64,000 bases of DNA from Squalus acanthias (Eukaryota): the NCBI GenBank assembly GCA_030390025.1, contig CM059438.1, positions 59,460,001 to 59,524,000 on the forward strand. The letters are read 5' to 3'. Below, piece after piece: positions 10,846 to 24,263 of this stretch. The first letter of the stretch is position 1; every line of letters starts with the position of its first letter. The notes under the pieces are model-generated. The model was not told the DNA's origin, made no database searches, and saw only the letters and a list, made by a program, of their open reading frames with translations. The position numbers and the translations under genes were made by a program.

Positions 10846-13740
10846 GTGTCAGGAAGGGACAGAAGGTATGGAGTAAAAGGTAAAGTGTTAAAAAAGGAAA
10901 AAGCAGGAACTAAGTGTCACAAAACATATTTGAAAGTTCTTTATCTGAATGCACGTAGCATTCGTAACAAAATGGACGAGTTAACGGCACAAATAACTAC
11001 GTATGGGTATGATCTTGTGGCCATTACAGAAACATGGCTGCAGGGTGACAACGACTGGGAATTAAATATGCCAGGGTATTTAACAATCAGGAAGGACAGG
11101 CAGGAAGGAAGGGGAGGTGGGGTGGCTATGTTAATAAAGGAAGGAATCACTGTAATACAGAGAAATCATATTGGGTCAAAGGATCAGGATAATGAAACAG
11201 TTTGGGTGGAGATAAGGAATAATAAGGGGTAAAAAACATTAGTAGGAGTAGTATATAGGTCTCCTAATAGTTGCAACTCTGCTAGAAGAAGTATTAATCA
11301 GGAAATAGTTGGGGCATGTAATAAGGGAACAGCTATAATTATGGGGGATTTTAACTATCATATTAACTGGACAAATCAAATTGGGCAGGGCAGCCTTGAG
11401 GAAGAGTTTATTGAGTGTATTAGGGATGGATTTCTTGAGCAGTATGTAACTGATCCTACAAGGGGGCAAGCAACCTTGGACCTGGTCCTGTGTAATGAGT
11501 CAGGATTAATTAATAATGTCCTAGTTAAGGATCCCCTTGGAATGAGTGACCATAACATGGTTGAATTCCATATCCAATTAGAGGGTGAGAAGGTTGGTTC
11601 TCAAACAAGCGTACTGAGCTTGAATAAAGTAGACTATGATGGTATGAGAGCGGAATTGATTAAAGTGGACTGGGAAAATAGAGTAAAGGGTAAGACGGTA
11701 CATGAGCAGTGGTGTTCATTTAAGGAGTTATTTTACAACTTTCAAAAAATATATATTCCACTGAGGAAAAAAGGATGTAAAAGAAATGACAGCCATCTGT
11801 GGCTAAGTAAAGAAATTAAGGATAGTATCCAACTAAAAACAAGGACATATAAGGTAGCCAAACTTAGTGGGAGGATAGAAGATTGGGAAGTCTTCAAAAG
11901 ACAGCAAAAAATAACTAAAGGCTTGATTAAGAAAGGGAAGATAGATTATGAAAATAAATTAGCAAAAAATATAAAAACAGATAGCAAGAGTTTCTATAGT
12001 TATATAAAAAGAAAAAGGGTGGTTAAGGCAAACGTAGGTCCCTTAGAGGATGAGACCGGGAAATTAATGGTGGGAAACATGGAGATGGCAAAAATGCTGA
12101 ACAAATATTTTGTTTCAATCTTTACAGTAGAGGACACTAAGAATATTCCAACACTGGACAAACAGGGGGCTCTAGGGGAGGAGGAGCTAAATACGATTAA
12201 AATCACTAAGGAATTGGTACTCAGTAAAATAATGGGACTCAAGGCGGATAAATCCCCTGGACCTGATGGCTTACATCCTAGGGTCTTGAGGGAAGTGGCA
12301 GTAGGGATTGTGGATGCTTTGGTAATAATTTTCCAAAATTCCCTGGACTCAGCAAAGGTCCCGGCAGATTGGAAAACTGCTAATGTAACACCCTTATTTA
12401 AAAAGGGTAGTAGGCAGAATGCTGGAAATTATAGACCAGTTAGCCTAACATCTGTGGTGGGTAAAATTTTGGAGTCTATTATTAAGGAGACAGTAACGGA
12501 ACATTTAGATAAACATAATTTAATAGGACAAAGTCAGCATGGCTTTATGAAGGGGAAGTCATGTCTGACAAGTTTGCTTGAGTTCTTTGAGGACATAATG
12601 TACAGGGTGGATAAAGGGGAACCAGTAGACGTAGTGTATTTAGACTTCCAGAAGGCATTCGACAAGGTGCCACATAAAAGATTATTGCTCAAGATAAAAA
12701 ATCACTGGATTGGGGGTAATATTCTGGCATGGGTGGAGGATTGGTTATCTAACAGGAAGCAGAGAGTTGGGATAAATGGTTCATTCTCGGACTGGCAACC
12801 AGTAGCCAGTGGTGTTCCGCAGGGGTCAGTGCTGGGTCCCCAACTCTTTACAATCTATATTAACGATTTGGAGGAGGGGACCGAGTGTAATATATCAAAG
12901 TTTGCAGATGATACAAAGATGGGAGGGAAAGTAGAAAGTGAGGAGGACATAAAAAACCTACAAGGGGATATAGACAGGCTGGGTGAGTGGGCGGAGATTT
13001 GGCAGATGCAATACAATATTGGAAAATGTGAGGTTATGCACTTTGGCAGGAAAAATCAGAGAGCAAGTTATTATCTTAATGGCGAGAAACTGGAAAGTAC
13101 TGCAGTACAAAGGGATCTGGGGGTCTTGGTGCAAGAAAATCAAAAAGTTAGTATGCAGGTGCAGCAGGTGATCAAGAAGGCCAACGGAACGTTGGCTTTT
13201 ATTGCTAGGGGGATAGATTATAAAAACAGGGAGGTATTGCTACAGTTATATAAGGTATTGGTGAGACCGCACCTGGAATACTGCATACAGTTTTGGTGCC
13301 CATACTTAAGAAAAGACATACTTGCTCTCGAGGCAGTACAAAGAAGGTTCACTCGGTTAATCCCGGGGATGAAGGGGTGGACATATGAGGAGAGGTTGAG
13401 TAGATTGGGGCTCTACTCATTGGAGTTCAGAAGAATGAGAGGCGATCTTATTGAAACATATAAGATTGTGAAGGGGCTTGATCGGGTGGATGCGGTAAGG
13501 ATGTTCCCAAGGATGGGTGAAACTAGAACTAGGGGGCATAATCTTAGAATAAGGGACTGCTCTTTCAAAACTGAGATGAGGAGAAACTTCTTCACTCAGA
13601 GGGTAGTAGGTCTGTGGAATTTGCTGCCCCAGGAAGCTGTGGAAGCTACATCATTAAATAAATTTAAAACAGAAATAGACAGTTTCCTAGAAGTAAAGGG
13701 AATTAGGGGTTACGGGGAGCGGGCAGGAAATTGGACATGA
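10846..13740 (+). pseudogene. CR1 ORF2 (APE endonuclease + reverse transcriptase) with one in-frame TAA at 11230-11232
   Basis: YLNARSI, AITETWL, MGDFN, SDHN (APE); KSPGPDG, YLDFQKAFDKV, GVPQGSVLGP, KFADD (RT); ORFs 10846 and 11341 are in the same frame. Confidence 0.93.
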
Positions 13741-13822
13741 GGCTGAGTTCGGATCGATCAAGGCCCTGTGGGTGGCGGAACGGGCCCAGGGGCTGAGTGG
13801 CCGGGTCCTGCTCCTACTTCTT

Positions 13823-14587
13823 GGCCTAGAAATTCGATTCGGAGGCTTGCCGCGGGGGTAAGGATCGCAAGCGATATCACCCACCGCGTCTGCCGTTCTT
13901 GTTTGCCCCCGCAGGAACTTTGGGTCCTGGGCCTCTCCCTAGTGCCGGCGCGCAGTGCTTGCGTGTTCCAGGGGCGCAGTTAGCGCGATGCGACCCCTGG
14001 GATCACGTGGGCCATGGAGAGCCAATGGCAGCAGACCATCTTTCATTCATAGATTTGACAGGAGACCTGTCAAATCTGTGAATTGAAATCGGCCCCAAAA
14101 GAACAGCTAAACCTCAAATAAATTTTTTTTAAAACCCATCACATTAATAAAATAACTATAGTTAAATAAATTAACCACTTTAAACAAAAATTTAAACTTT
14201 TGAAAAAATTAAAATACTTTTTAAAAGTTATAAAAATAAACTTACCTTTCTTTAAAGTCTCTAAAAAAGATAAACCTGTTGAAAAAAATTTAAAATTATA
14301 CTTAATTAACTGCTTACCTTGTTCAAAAGGGGTCTTACGCCTCCTTTTTACTAGCATAGAAGATTCAATACTTACCCTCGCGTTGAAACCTGAAAAAAAA
14401 CCTAAGTATGCTGCGTGCGCGCAGCCTCTAGTGCGCACGCGGTTCACCTAGGAACCGCCCCCTTCGCCATACCGGAAGTGCCGGTTTCCCGCGCATGCGC
14501 AGTGCATGCAGGAAACCGGCACTTCGGGAATGAATACGGGTGAGTACGCACTGAGCACTCACCCGAGAACGGCCGAATTTTTGGGCC
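13823..14587 (+). mobile_element. Harbinger-type MITE family A (diverged subfamily) inserted in the CR1 3'UTR
   Basis: TIRs GGCCTAGAAATTCG / CGAATTTTTGGGCC; 3-bp TSD CTT (13820-22, 14588-90); homologous to 27091-27817 and 29370-30113. Confidence 0.88.
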
Positions 14588-14707
14588 CTTGTGTTCTTTA
14601 GATTTGAGTTTAGGATCAGATCAGCCATGATCTTATTGAATGGCGGAGCAGGCTCGAGGGGCCGATTGGCCTACTCCTGCTCCTATTTCTTATGTTCTTA
14701 TGTTCTT

Positions 14708-15008
14708 AAACTATTTCCTCCAGAACAAAGGGCCTTAACATTAGAGCCAGGCCGTTCAGGGGTGATGTCAGGAAACACCTCTTCACACAAAGGGTGCTGG
14801 AAATCTGGAACTCTCTCCAAAATCCATTGAGGCCAGGGGTCAATTGAAAATTTCAAAACTGAGAGTGACAGATTTTTGTTAGGCAAGAGTATTAAGAGGT
14901 ATAGAACCAAGGCGGGTAGATGGGAGTTAAGATACAGATCAGCCATGGTCTAATGGAATGGCGAACAGGTTTGAGGGGGCGGAATGGCCTCCCCCTGTTC
15001 CTATGTTT
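14708..15008 (+). mobile_element. CR1 3' fragment, right half, with 3'UTR
   Basis: Continues 9805-10247; CAGATCAGCCATG...CCTGTTCCTATG tail. Confidence 0.8.
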
Positions 15009-15194
15009 TTCCCGAACTACTGTGTCAAAACCCTTCAGAATTTTGAGCACCAATATTTACTGTCCCCTTAACCTTCTTTTCTCCAAGTAGAACAATCCCA
15101 GCTTCTCTCGTCTCTCCACGCAGAGAGATTGTCACTCATCTATTAAAAAAAAATCGCACCACAAACAATACAGGCATCACCAGAGAAGCTTAAA

Positions 15195-15390
15195 GAAGGA
15201 AAGAACTGACATTTTATAGAACGGCTTAAATGTCCAAGCGACATCCCGAAGCATTTCACAGCGAGTGAATCTAGTTTTGAAATGCAGTCACTGTTGTTAA
15301 ATTGGCAAAGGCAGCAACCAGCCAGCGCACAACAAGATCCCACAAGCAGCAATGAGATAATGACCAGATAATCTATTTTTAGTGGTTGAA
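15195..15390 (-). mobile_element. Deu-domain SINE 3' fragment
   Basis: Reverse complement of the SINE tail (GCACAACAAGATCCCACAAGCAGCAATGAGATAATGACCAGATAATC). Confidence 0.75.
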
Positions 15391-16122
15391 ACAACAACAA
15401 CTTGCATTTATATAGCGCCTTTAACATAATAAAACGTCCCAAGTTGATTCACAGGAGTTATTATGAAACAAAATTTGACACCGAGCCACAGAAGGAGATA
15501 TTCGGACTGATGACCTAAAGCTTGGTCACAGAGGTAGGTTTTAAGGAGCGTATTAAAGGAGGAAAGAGAGGTAGAGAGGCGGAGAGGTTTAGGGAGGGAA
15601 TTCCAGAGCTTAGGGCCCAGGCAGCTGAAGTCATGGCCGCCAATGGTGGATCGATGAACATTGAGGAACGCAGAAATTTCGAAGGGTTGTGGGGCTGGAG
15701 AGATTACAGAGATAGGGAGGGATGAGAATTTTGAAACTGAGGCGTTGCCGGACTGGGACCCAATGTAGGTCAGCGAGCACCGGGGAGATGGGTGAACAGG
15801 GCTTGGTACGAGTTAGGACATGGGCAGCAGAGTTTTCGATGAGCACAAGTTTACAGAGGGTGGAAGATGAAAGGCCAGCCAGGAGTGCATAGGAATAGTC
15901 AAGTCTAGAGGTAACAAAGTCGAGAGGGTTTCGGCAGCAGATGAGCGGAGTCAGAGGTGGAGTCGGGCGATTGCAGGGGGTGGAAATAGGCGGTCTTGGT
16001 GACGGCGCAGATAGGTGGTCGGAAGCTCATCTCGGGGTCAAATATGACACCAAGGTTGCGAACAGTCTCGTTCAGCCGCAGACAGTTGCCACGGAGAAGG
16101 ATAGAGTCAGTGACTAGAGAGC
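15391..16122 (-). mobile_element. L2-type LINE 3' fragment
   Basis: Tail ...GGCGCTATATAAATGCAAGTTGTTGTTGT; peptides VRNLGVIFDPEMSF and LIENSAAHVLTRTK...ISPVLADLHWVPV. Confidence 0.8.
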
Positions 16123-16779
16123 GAATGGGGGAGGGGTTGGTTGGGGGAGGGGCAGACGGTTGGCGGATTGGGAGGGGCGGTTGGGGAGGGGTGGACAGAT
16201 GGGAGAGGGGCGGATGGTTGGGGGAGGGGCAGACGGTTGGGGAGGGGCGGATGGGGGAGGGGCGGATGGGGGAGGGGCAGATGGGAGAGGGGAGGACGGT
16301 TGGGAGAGGGGCGGATGGGGAGGGGCGGATGGGGGAGGGGCGGATGGTTGGGGGAGGGGCGGATGGGGGAGGGGCGGATGGGGGAGGGGCGGATGGTTGG
16401 GGGAGGGGCGGATGGGGGAGGGGCGGATGGTTGGGGGAGGGGCGGATGGTTGAGGAGGGACGGTTGGGGGAGGGGCGGATGGGGGAGGGGTGGATGGTTG
16501 GGGAGGGGCGGATGGGGGAGGGATGGTTGGGGGAGGGGCGGATGGGGGAGGGGTGGATTTTTGGGGGGACGGATGGGGGAGGGGCGGATGGGGAGGGACG
16601 GTTAAGGGGGGGCGGATGGGGGAGGGGCGGATGGTTGGGGGAGGGGCGGATGGGAGAGGGGCAGATGGGGAGGGGCGGATGGTTGGGGGAGGGGCGGATG
16701 GGGGAGGGGCGGATGGGGGAGGGGCGGATGGGGTATGGTTGGACAGTTGGGGAGGGGCCAACGGTTGGGGGAGGGGGGT
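16123..16779. repeat. G-rich minisatellite, 15/19-bp units GGGGGAGGGGCGGAT(GGTT)
   Basis: Direct tandem repetition; source of the GEGRM / PSAPPP pseudo-ORFs. Confidence 0.92.
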
Positions 16780-17015
16780 CATGTGATGAAACCACCGGGT
16801 ATGTTATCCGACCAGAGTTTGGCACAAATCGGCCTCGGGTTCGGGAGAGGAACAAACTCAGCCTGGATTCCATCTCCCACTGGCAGGGCTATGGGTGTCA
16901 GGGGTTAGGAGACACCGGATCATTAATGCAGGATCACTTACACAGGATCACTTACACAGGATCGGTTACACTGGATCAATACCAGCACCTGTTGTCCGAA
17001 AAAATGGGAGCAGTG

Positions 17016-17445
17016 GTTATGAACCAAAGTTGTTGAACTCAATGTCGAGTCCCGAAGTCTGTAAACTGCTTGATCGAAGATGAGGTGCTGTTCCTCAAGC
17101 TTCTATTGCGCTTCATTGGAACAGTGTAGGAAGCCGAGGACAGAGAGGTCAGAGTGGTAGCGGGCGGAGAATTAAAGGGCCAGGCGACGGGAAGCTCAGC
17201 GTCACACTTGCAGACTGAACAGAGGGGTTCATCAAAGTGATCGCTCAATTTGTGAATGGTCTCCCCAATGTAGAGGAGACCGTATCGTGAGCAGCGAATA
17301 CAGTATATTAAATTGCAAGATGTACAAGTAAATCGCTGTTTCACCTGGAAGGAGTGTTTGGGGCCCTGGGCAGTGGGAAGGGAGGAGGTAAAAGGACAGG
17401 TGTTGCATCTCCTGCACTTCCCAGGAAGGTACCGAGGAAGGTGAG
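17016..17445 (-). mobile_element. Old Penelope-like element fragment (GIY-YIG end), left part
   Basis: KQRFTCTSCNLIYCIRCSRYGLLYIGET; colinear with 39385-39820; continues at 32424. Confidence 0.85.
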
Positions 17446-19612
17446 ATCTAGTATTAGATTAAAAGAAGAGGCTTATAATGTTGCCAAGAAGAGTAGTAAA
17501 CCTGAGGATGGGGAGAGTTTTAGAAACCGGCAAAGGATGACCAAAAAATTGATAAAGAGGGAGAAAATAGAATATGAGAGTAAACTAGCAAGAAATATAC
17601 AAACAGATTGTAAGAGCTTCTACAAGTATGTAAAAAAAAGAGTAGCAAACGTAAATGTGGGTCCCTTAGAGGCAGATACAAGAGAAATTATAATAGGGAA
17701 TATGGAAATGGCAGAGACGTTAAACACCTATTTTATATCTGTCTTCACAGTAGAAGACACAAAAAACATACCAGAAATAGTGGGGAACCAAGGGTCTAAT
17801 GAGAGTGAGGAACTTAAAGTAATTAATATTAGTAAAGAAAAAGTACTGGAATACATATCCAAGTTTGCTGATGATACAAAACTAGGCGGGAACGTAGTCT
17901 GTGAGGAGGACACAAAGAGTCTGCAAAGGGATATAGACAGGTTATGTGAGTGGGCAAGAAGGTGGCAGGTGGAGTAAAATGTGGGGACATGTGAGGTTAT
18001 TCACTTTGGTGGGAAGAAAAGAAATATTTTTAAATGGAGAGAAACTATTAAATGTTGGTGTTCAGAGGGATTTGGGTGTTCTTGTACACAAAGCACAGAA
18101 AGTTAACATTCAGGTAAAGCAAGCAATTAGGAAGGCAAATAGTATGTTGGCCTTTGTTGCAAGAGGGTTGGAGTACAAGAGTAAGGAAGTCTTGCTGCAA
18201 TTGTACAGAGCTTTGGTGAGACCACACCTGGAGTACTGTGCACAGTTTTGGTCTCCTTGCCTAAGGTAGGATATGCTTGCCTTAGAGGGGGTGCAAGGAA
18301 GGTTCACTAGATTGATTCCTGGGATGAGAGGGCTGTCCTATGAGGACAGATTGAGTAGATTAGCCCTATACTCTCTGGAGTTTAGCAGAATGAGAAATGA
18401 TCTCATTGAAACATATAGGGGTAGAAATTAGGTCGCGCCCCATTTGGGGCGCAAATATCGTCTGGACGCAAATATTAGCGCCTGGCGCTAATTATCGGCA
18501 CTGACTGGAAACTTCACTTTTACCGCCCCGGGAGGTGAGTGGAGCGCTAAAGCAGGCGCTGCACACCTGTCTTAAGGCGCAAAGGCCAAGGAGTGAGGCG
18601 CTAACTCAGAGCGCTGGCGAAGCTCATGTAATGTCAGTCAGCAATGGAACACACACACAATGGCACGGGCCAGTTCTTAAAGGGGATGGTTAATCTTGCT
18701 TTCCATCCACATCCTGTTCATTGCAGCCTTGAATCTCGGCCTGGAGAGACTTGCACATCAAATGTGCTGGAAAGAACAATGGAGAGTACCAGGCAAAGAG
18801 CTCAGAGTGCAGCTCCCACAGTCTCTGCTAAATCGATACAAGGAATGGCAAATCAAAATGAACCTGCAAAGTGCTGCTCAGTACCCAAAACTCCTTCCCA
18901 CAACGTTGAATCTCTCCAGAAGTCTCTCCCTCTCTCTCTCAGAATGCGTAGTTCAAAAATGCCACCAACAATAAAAGACAGGAAGAGGCCCCCTTTAAAT
19001 AGCGCCCCCCCCCCAGCCCCACAGCGATTGATAGCGTTCCAGTCTTCTGGTCGTTGGATGAGCCAGGCAGTAAGGCAGGGGGCGCCACTCAATTTCCACT
19101 CCGGGGCGCCACAAGGGCGTTGCACCATGGAATGACGTCACAATCTGCGCGCGCAGGTGGTCGCAGCGGTAAAGTTTAGCGCCACCGCACAATGTCAAGT
19201 TAAGTTCCCGAGCGGCGCAAACATCGCTGCGCCTGGGCGTTAGCGGCTTTGCGCCCCATTAGCGCCCTCTTAAGGCGCTAACGGGAGGCGCAACCAACTG
19301 AATTTTTACCCCATAAGATTTTGAGGGGGATTGACAGGGTAGATGCTGAGAGGATGTTTCCCCTGGCTGGAGAGACTAGAACTAGGGGCCATAGTTTCAG
19401 GATAAGAGGTCGGCCACTTAGGACTGAGATGAGGAGAAATTTATTCGCTCAGTGGCTTGTGAATCTTTGGAATTCTCTACTCCAGAGTGCTGTGGATGCT
19501 CAGTTGTTGAGTATATTCAAGACTGATATGGGGATTGGGCGGGAAGGTGGAGTTGAGGTTGAAGATCAGCTATGATCTTATTGAATAGCGGAGTAAGCTT
19601 GAGGGGCCGTAT
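17446..19612 (+). mobile_element. 5'-truncated, internally deleted CR1; its tail resumes at 32386-32423
   Basis: ORF2 remnants (KIEYESKLARNI, KFADDTKLGG, LVRPHLEYCAQFW); GTGAG TSD at 17441-45 / 32424-28. Confidence 0.88.
18418..19312 (+). mobile_element. PIF/Harbinger MITE family B
   Basis: TIRs GGGGTAGAAATT / AATTTTTACCCC; TSD ATA; many GGCGCT/AGCGCC subterminal motifs; inverted homolog at 25092-25983. Confidence 0.9.
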
Positions 19613-19700
19613 AAGAACATAAGAAATAGGAGCAGGAATAGGCCATTTGGCCCTTCGAGCCTGCTCCGCCATTCAATAAGATCATGGCTGATCTTCTACC

Positions 19701-22700
19701 TCATCTCCACTTTCCTGCACTATCCCCATATCCCTTGATTCCCTTAATATTCAAAAATCTATCGATCTCTGTCTTGAATATGCTCAACGACTGAGCCTCC
19801 ACAGCCCTCTGGGGTAGAGAATTCCAAAGATTCACCACCCTCTGAGTGAAGAAATTTCTCCTCATCTCAGTCCTAAATGGCCGACCACTTATTCTGAGAC
19901 TGTGACCCCTGGTTCTAGACTCCCCAGCCAGGGGAAACATCCTCCCTGCATCTACCCTGTCAAGCCCTGTAAGAAATGTGTATGTTTCAACGAGATCACC
20001 TCTCATTCTTCTAAACTCTAGAGAATATAGGCCTAGTCTACTCATTCTCTCCTCATAGGACAATCCCCCCATCCCAGGAATTAGTCTGGTGAACCTTCGT
20101 TGCACTCCCTCTATGGCAAGTATATCCTTCCTTAGTTAAGGAGTAAAAAACTGTACACAATACTCCAGGTGTGGTCTCACCAGGACCTTATATAATTGCA
20201 GTAAGTCGTCTTTACGCTTATACTCAAATCCTCTTGTAATAAAGGCCAACATACCATTTGCTTTCCTAATTGCTTGCTGTACCTGCATGTTAACTTTCAG
20301 TGATTCGTGTGCAAGGACACCCAGGTCCCTCTGAACACCAACATTTCCCAATCTCTCACCATTTAAAAAATACTCTGCTTTTCTATTTTTCCTACCAAAG
20401 TGGATAACTTCACATTTCTCCACATTATATTCCATTTGTCATGTTCTTGCCCACTCACTTAGCTTGTCTATATCCCCTTGAAGCCTCCTTGCATCCTCCT
20501 CACAACTTACATTCCCACCCAGCTTTGTATCATCAGCAACCTTGGATATATTACATTTGGTCCCCTCATCCAAATCATTGATATAGATTGTGATTAGCTG
20601 AGGCCCAAGCACTGATCCTTGTGGTACCCCACTAGTTACAGCCTGCCAACCCGAAAATGACCCGTTTATTCCTACTCTCTTCTGTCTGTTAACCAATCCT
20701 CAACTCATGCTAGTATATTACCCCCCAATCCCATGAGCCCTAATTTTGTTCAATAACCTCTTGTGTGGCACCTTATCGAATGCCTTCTGAAAATCCAAAT
20801 AGACCACATCCACTGGTTCCCCTCATCTATTCTGCTAGTTACAACCTCAAAAAACTCTAACAGATTTGTCAAACACAATTTCCCTTTCATAAATCCGTGT
20901 TGACTCTGCCCAATCCTATTATTATTTTCCAAGTGCTCTGTTACCACTTCCTTAATAATAGATTCTAGCATTTTCCCTACTACTGATGTCAGGCTAACTG
21001 GTCTGCAGTTACCCATTTTCTCTCTCCCTCCTTTCTTAAATAGTGGGGCTATATTTGCCACCTTCCAATCCTTGGGAACCGTTCTAGAATCTATGGAATT
21101 TTAGAAAATGACAACCAATGCATCCACTATCTCTATAGACACTTCTTTCAAAACCCGAGGATGTAGGCCATCAGGTCCAGGGGATTTATTGGCTTTCAGT
21201 CCCATTAATTTCTCCAGTACTCTTTTTTTTACTAATACTAATTTCTTTCCATTCCTCATTCTCGCTAGACCCTTGGTTCTCCACTATTTCCGGGAAGTTT
21301 TTTGCATCTTCTTCTGTGAAGACAGACACAAAGTATTTGTTTAATTTCTCTGCCATTTCCTTATTCCCCCATTATAATTTCTCCTGTCTCAGCCTGTAAG
21401 AGACCCACATTTACTTTCGCTAATCTTTTCCTTTTTACATACCTATAGAAGCTTTTACAGTCTGTTTTTATGTCTCTCACTAGTTTACTCCCATATTCTA
21501 TTTTCCATTTCTTTATCAATTTCTTGGTCCGCCTTTGCTGAATTCTAAAATCCTCCCAATCCTCAGGCTTATTGCTCTTTTGGCAACATTATAAGTCTCT
21601 TCCTTTGGTCTAATACTATCTTTAACTTATCTTGTTAGCCACGGTTGGACCACTTTTCCTGTGGGATTTTTGTGCCTTAAAGGAATGTATATTTGTTGTA
21701 AATTATGTATTAATTCTTTAAATGCTAGCCATTGCTTGTCTACTGTCATACCTTTTAATGTAGTTTCCCAATCTACCTTAGCCAACTCGCCCCTCATACC
21801 TATGTAGTTTGCTTTGTTTAGATTTAAGACCCTAGTTTTGGATTTAACTAAATCACTTTCAAACTCAATATAAAATTCTATCCGATTATGGTCACTCTTC
21901 CCTAAAGGCCCCTTTACTACAGGAAACTCTTGTTTAACCGGCACCTATATATCCGGAATTCTCTCTTAACCGGCAAAAATCATACTCCGAAAACTCCTCT
22001 CAAATAACCGGCAATGTTGCCGAGTCCGAGTCCGAGTCTCCCGCGAACGCCGAGTACTCCGAAAACTCCTCTCAAATAACCGGCAATGATGCCGAGTCCG
22101 AGTCCGAGTCTCCTGCGAATGCCGAGTTAGTCAGTGGGGGTAGTTCTCCAAAGTGCCACTACTCGGCCTCCTGGCACTGTCGGAAGTCCGAACACTGCAG
22201 TAACAGGAGTCTGATTCTCCCGCGCTGCCGGGAGTCTCTTCTGATCGGCCATTTTACTGTGTATAAGTTTTGTTTTACTGTTAAGTAATTAAAGAGTTAT
22301 GGATTACCCTCAACTGACAGTACTGTACTTAATCAAGCATCTTCCACCATCCATTTAACACAACATTCTGTAGGTGAGTACCCAAATACTGTATACTACA
22401 CATTTCTTGATTTTTTTATTTTTGTTTGTTAAAAATAGCCTCGGTAGATATAACTCTCCGTTATCCGGAACTTTTGATCAACCGGCACCACGCCGGTCCC
22501 GTCGGTGCCGGATACCAAAGAGTTTCCTGTACAAGGTTATTAATGAACCCTTTCTCATTGCACAATACTAGATCTAAAATAACCTGTTTCCTAGTTGGTT
22601 CCTCAACATACTGATCTAGAAAACTATCTTGCATACATTCCATGAATTCATCCTCCACACTATTACTGCAAATTGGTTTGCCCAGTCTATATGTAGATTA

Positions 22701-23305
22701 AAGTCCCCCATGTTTACTGTATTACCCTTGTTACATGCACCTCTAATTTCCTGATTTATAATCTGCCCTACATTAGAACTACTGTTTGGGGGCCTTTAAA
22801 CAACTCCCACCAATGTTTTCTGCCCCTTGCTGTTTCTTAGCTCCACCCAAACTGAATCTACTTTCATAGCTAAGATCCTTTCTCTCTACTGTCTTTATCC
22901 CATCCTTTATTATCAGGGCTACCGCTCCTCTTTTCCATTTTGCCTATCTCTTCTAAAAGTTAAGTATCTTGGAATATTTAGTTCCCAACCTTGGCCAATT
23001 TGCAACCACATCTCCGTAATGGCTATTAGATCAAATCTGTTAATTTCTATCTGCACTATTAATTCATTTATTTTGTTGCGAATGCTTCGCGCATTCAGAT
23101 ATAGTGCCTTTAGCTTTGACTTTTTTCTATTTTTCCCTGATATCACCTTAGTTAATGATGCCTTATTGCCTTTGTTACTCTCTCTGTCCCTTCCTGACCC
23201 ACTCTGCTTATTTTTACCCAAAACTCTACTTTGCTCTAGAGCCTTGACATTTCTCTCGCTGTTTTTAAATTTACTCTTTCCTGAATCCTCCCACACCACT
23301 TTCAT
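19701..23305 (-). pseudogene. CR1 ORF2 (APE+RT), several frameshifts/stops, split by a Tc1/mariner MITE
   Basis: YLNARSIRNK, GKSDHN, CRPVSLTSVVGK, GVPQGSVLGP, KVADD, LVRPHLEYCVQF. Confidence 0.9.
21920..22529. mobile_element. Tc1/mariner (pogo/Tigger-like) MITE
   Basis: TA TSD (21918-19, 22530-31); TIRs CAGGAAACTCTTGTTTAACCGGCAC / GTGCCGGATACCAAAGAGTTTCCTG; removal restores CR1 INNLVVKGPLG; internal ~72-bp tandem duplication. Confidence 0.9.
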
Positions 23306-24263
23306 TAGTTTAAAGCCCTGCCTACTGCCCTAGTTATTCGGTTCGACAGGACACTGGTCCCAGCCCGGTTTAAGTGGAGCCCGTCCCAACAGAACAGCTC
23401 CCTCTTTCCCCAGTACTGGTGCCAGTGCCCCATGAACTGAAACCCCTTCCTCCCACACCACTCTTTGAGACACATATTTAAACCTTTAATCTGTTTGTCC
23501 CTATGCCAATTTGCACGTGGCTCAGGTAACAATCCAGAGATTATTACCTTTGAGGATCTGCTTTTTAATTTGGATCCTAGCTCCTCAAACTCCCTCAGCA
23601 GGACCTCATTCCTAGTTCTACCTATGTCATTGGTTCCTACGTGGACCACGACAACTGGATCCTCCCCCTCCCACTCCAAGTTCTCCTCCAGCCGCGAGGA
23701 GATGTCTTTAACCCTGGCACCGAGCAGGCAACAGAACTTTCGGAACTCTTGGTCGCGGTTGCAGAGAACAGTATCTATCCCCCTGGCTATACTGTCCCCC
23801 TACCACAACTACATTCCCTTTCATTCCCCCCACTTGAATGGCCTCCTGCACCATGGTGCCATGGTCAGCTTGCTCATCCATCCTGCAGGCTTTTCCCTCA
23901 TCCACACAGGCAGCAAGAGCCTCATACCTGTTGGACAAGGGCAAAGGCTGAGGCTCCTCCAGCACTGCACCTGGGGTCCCCTTACCTGCCTGAGTTGCAG
24001 TCACACCCTCCTGTCCCTGACCACTAACCAGACCTGTACCACTATCTAACCTAAGGGGTGTGACTGCCTCCTGGATCAAAGTGTCCAGGTAACTCTCCCC
24101 ATCCCTGATGCCCCACAATGTCTGCACCTCAGACTCCAGCTCAAACACTCTGAGCTGAAATTCCATCAAGATGCAGGTACTTACTGCAAACGTTGTCCGG
24201 GATCACAATGCTCTCCACAAACCCCCACATGCTGCAGTTGCAGCACACCACCTGCACTGCCAT
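23305..24263 (-). pseudogene. CR1 ORF1 (N-terminal Cys cluster/zipper + SGNH esterase), frameshifted
   Basis: MAVQVVCCNCSMW..., QLRVFELESEVQTL, LPLSNRYEAL, VVHVGTNDI, DGLHL. Confidence 0.85.

Larger units (their letters stand above)
10248..14707 (+). mobile_element. Young 5'-truncated CR1 LINE (esterase ORF1 + ORF2 + duplicated 3'UTR, TATGTTCT tail)
   Basis: ORF1/ORF2 architecture; ends TTCTTATGTTCTTATGTTCTT; short AAAC duplication at 10244-10247 / 14708-14711. Confidence 0.93.

Noticed and set aside
15905..17036. Proline-rich/extensin-like and Gly-rich ORFs
   Set aside because: Derived from the G-rich repeat plus flanking L2 sequence
18644..19135. ORF MEHTHNG... conserved with 25377-25757
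   Set aside because: Conservation is explained by two copies of the same MITE; no transposase or other motif recognised
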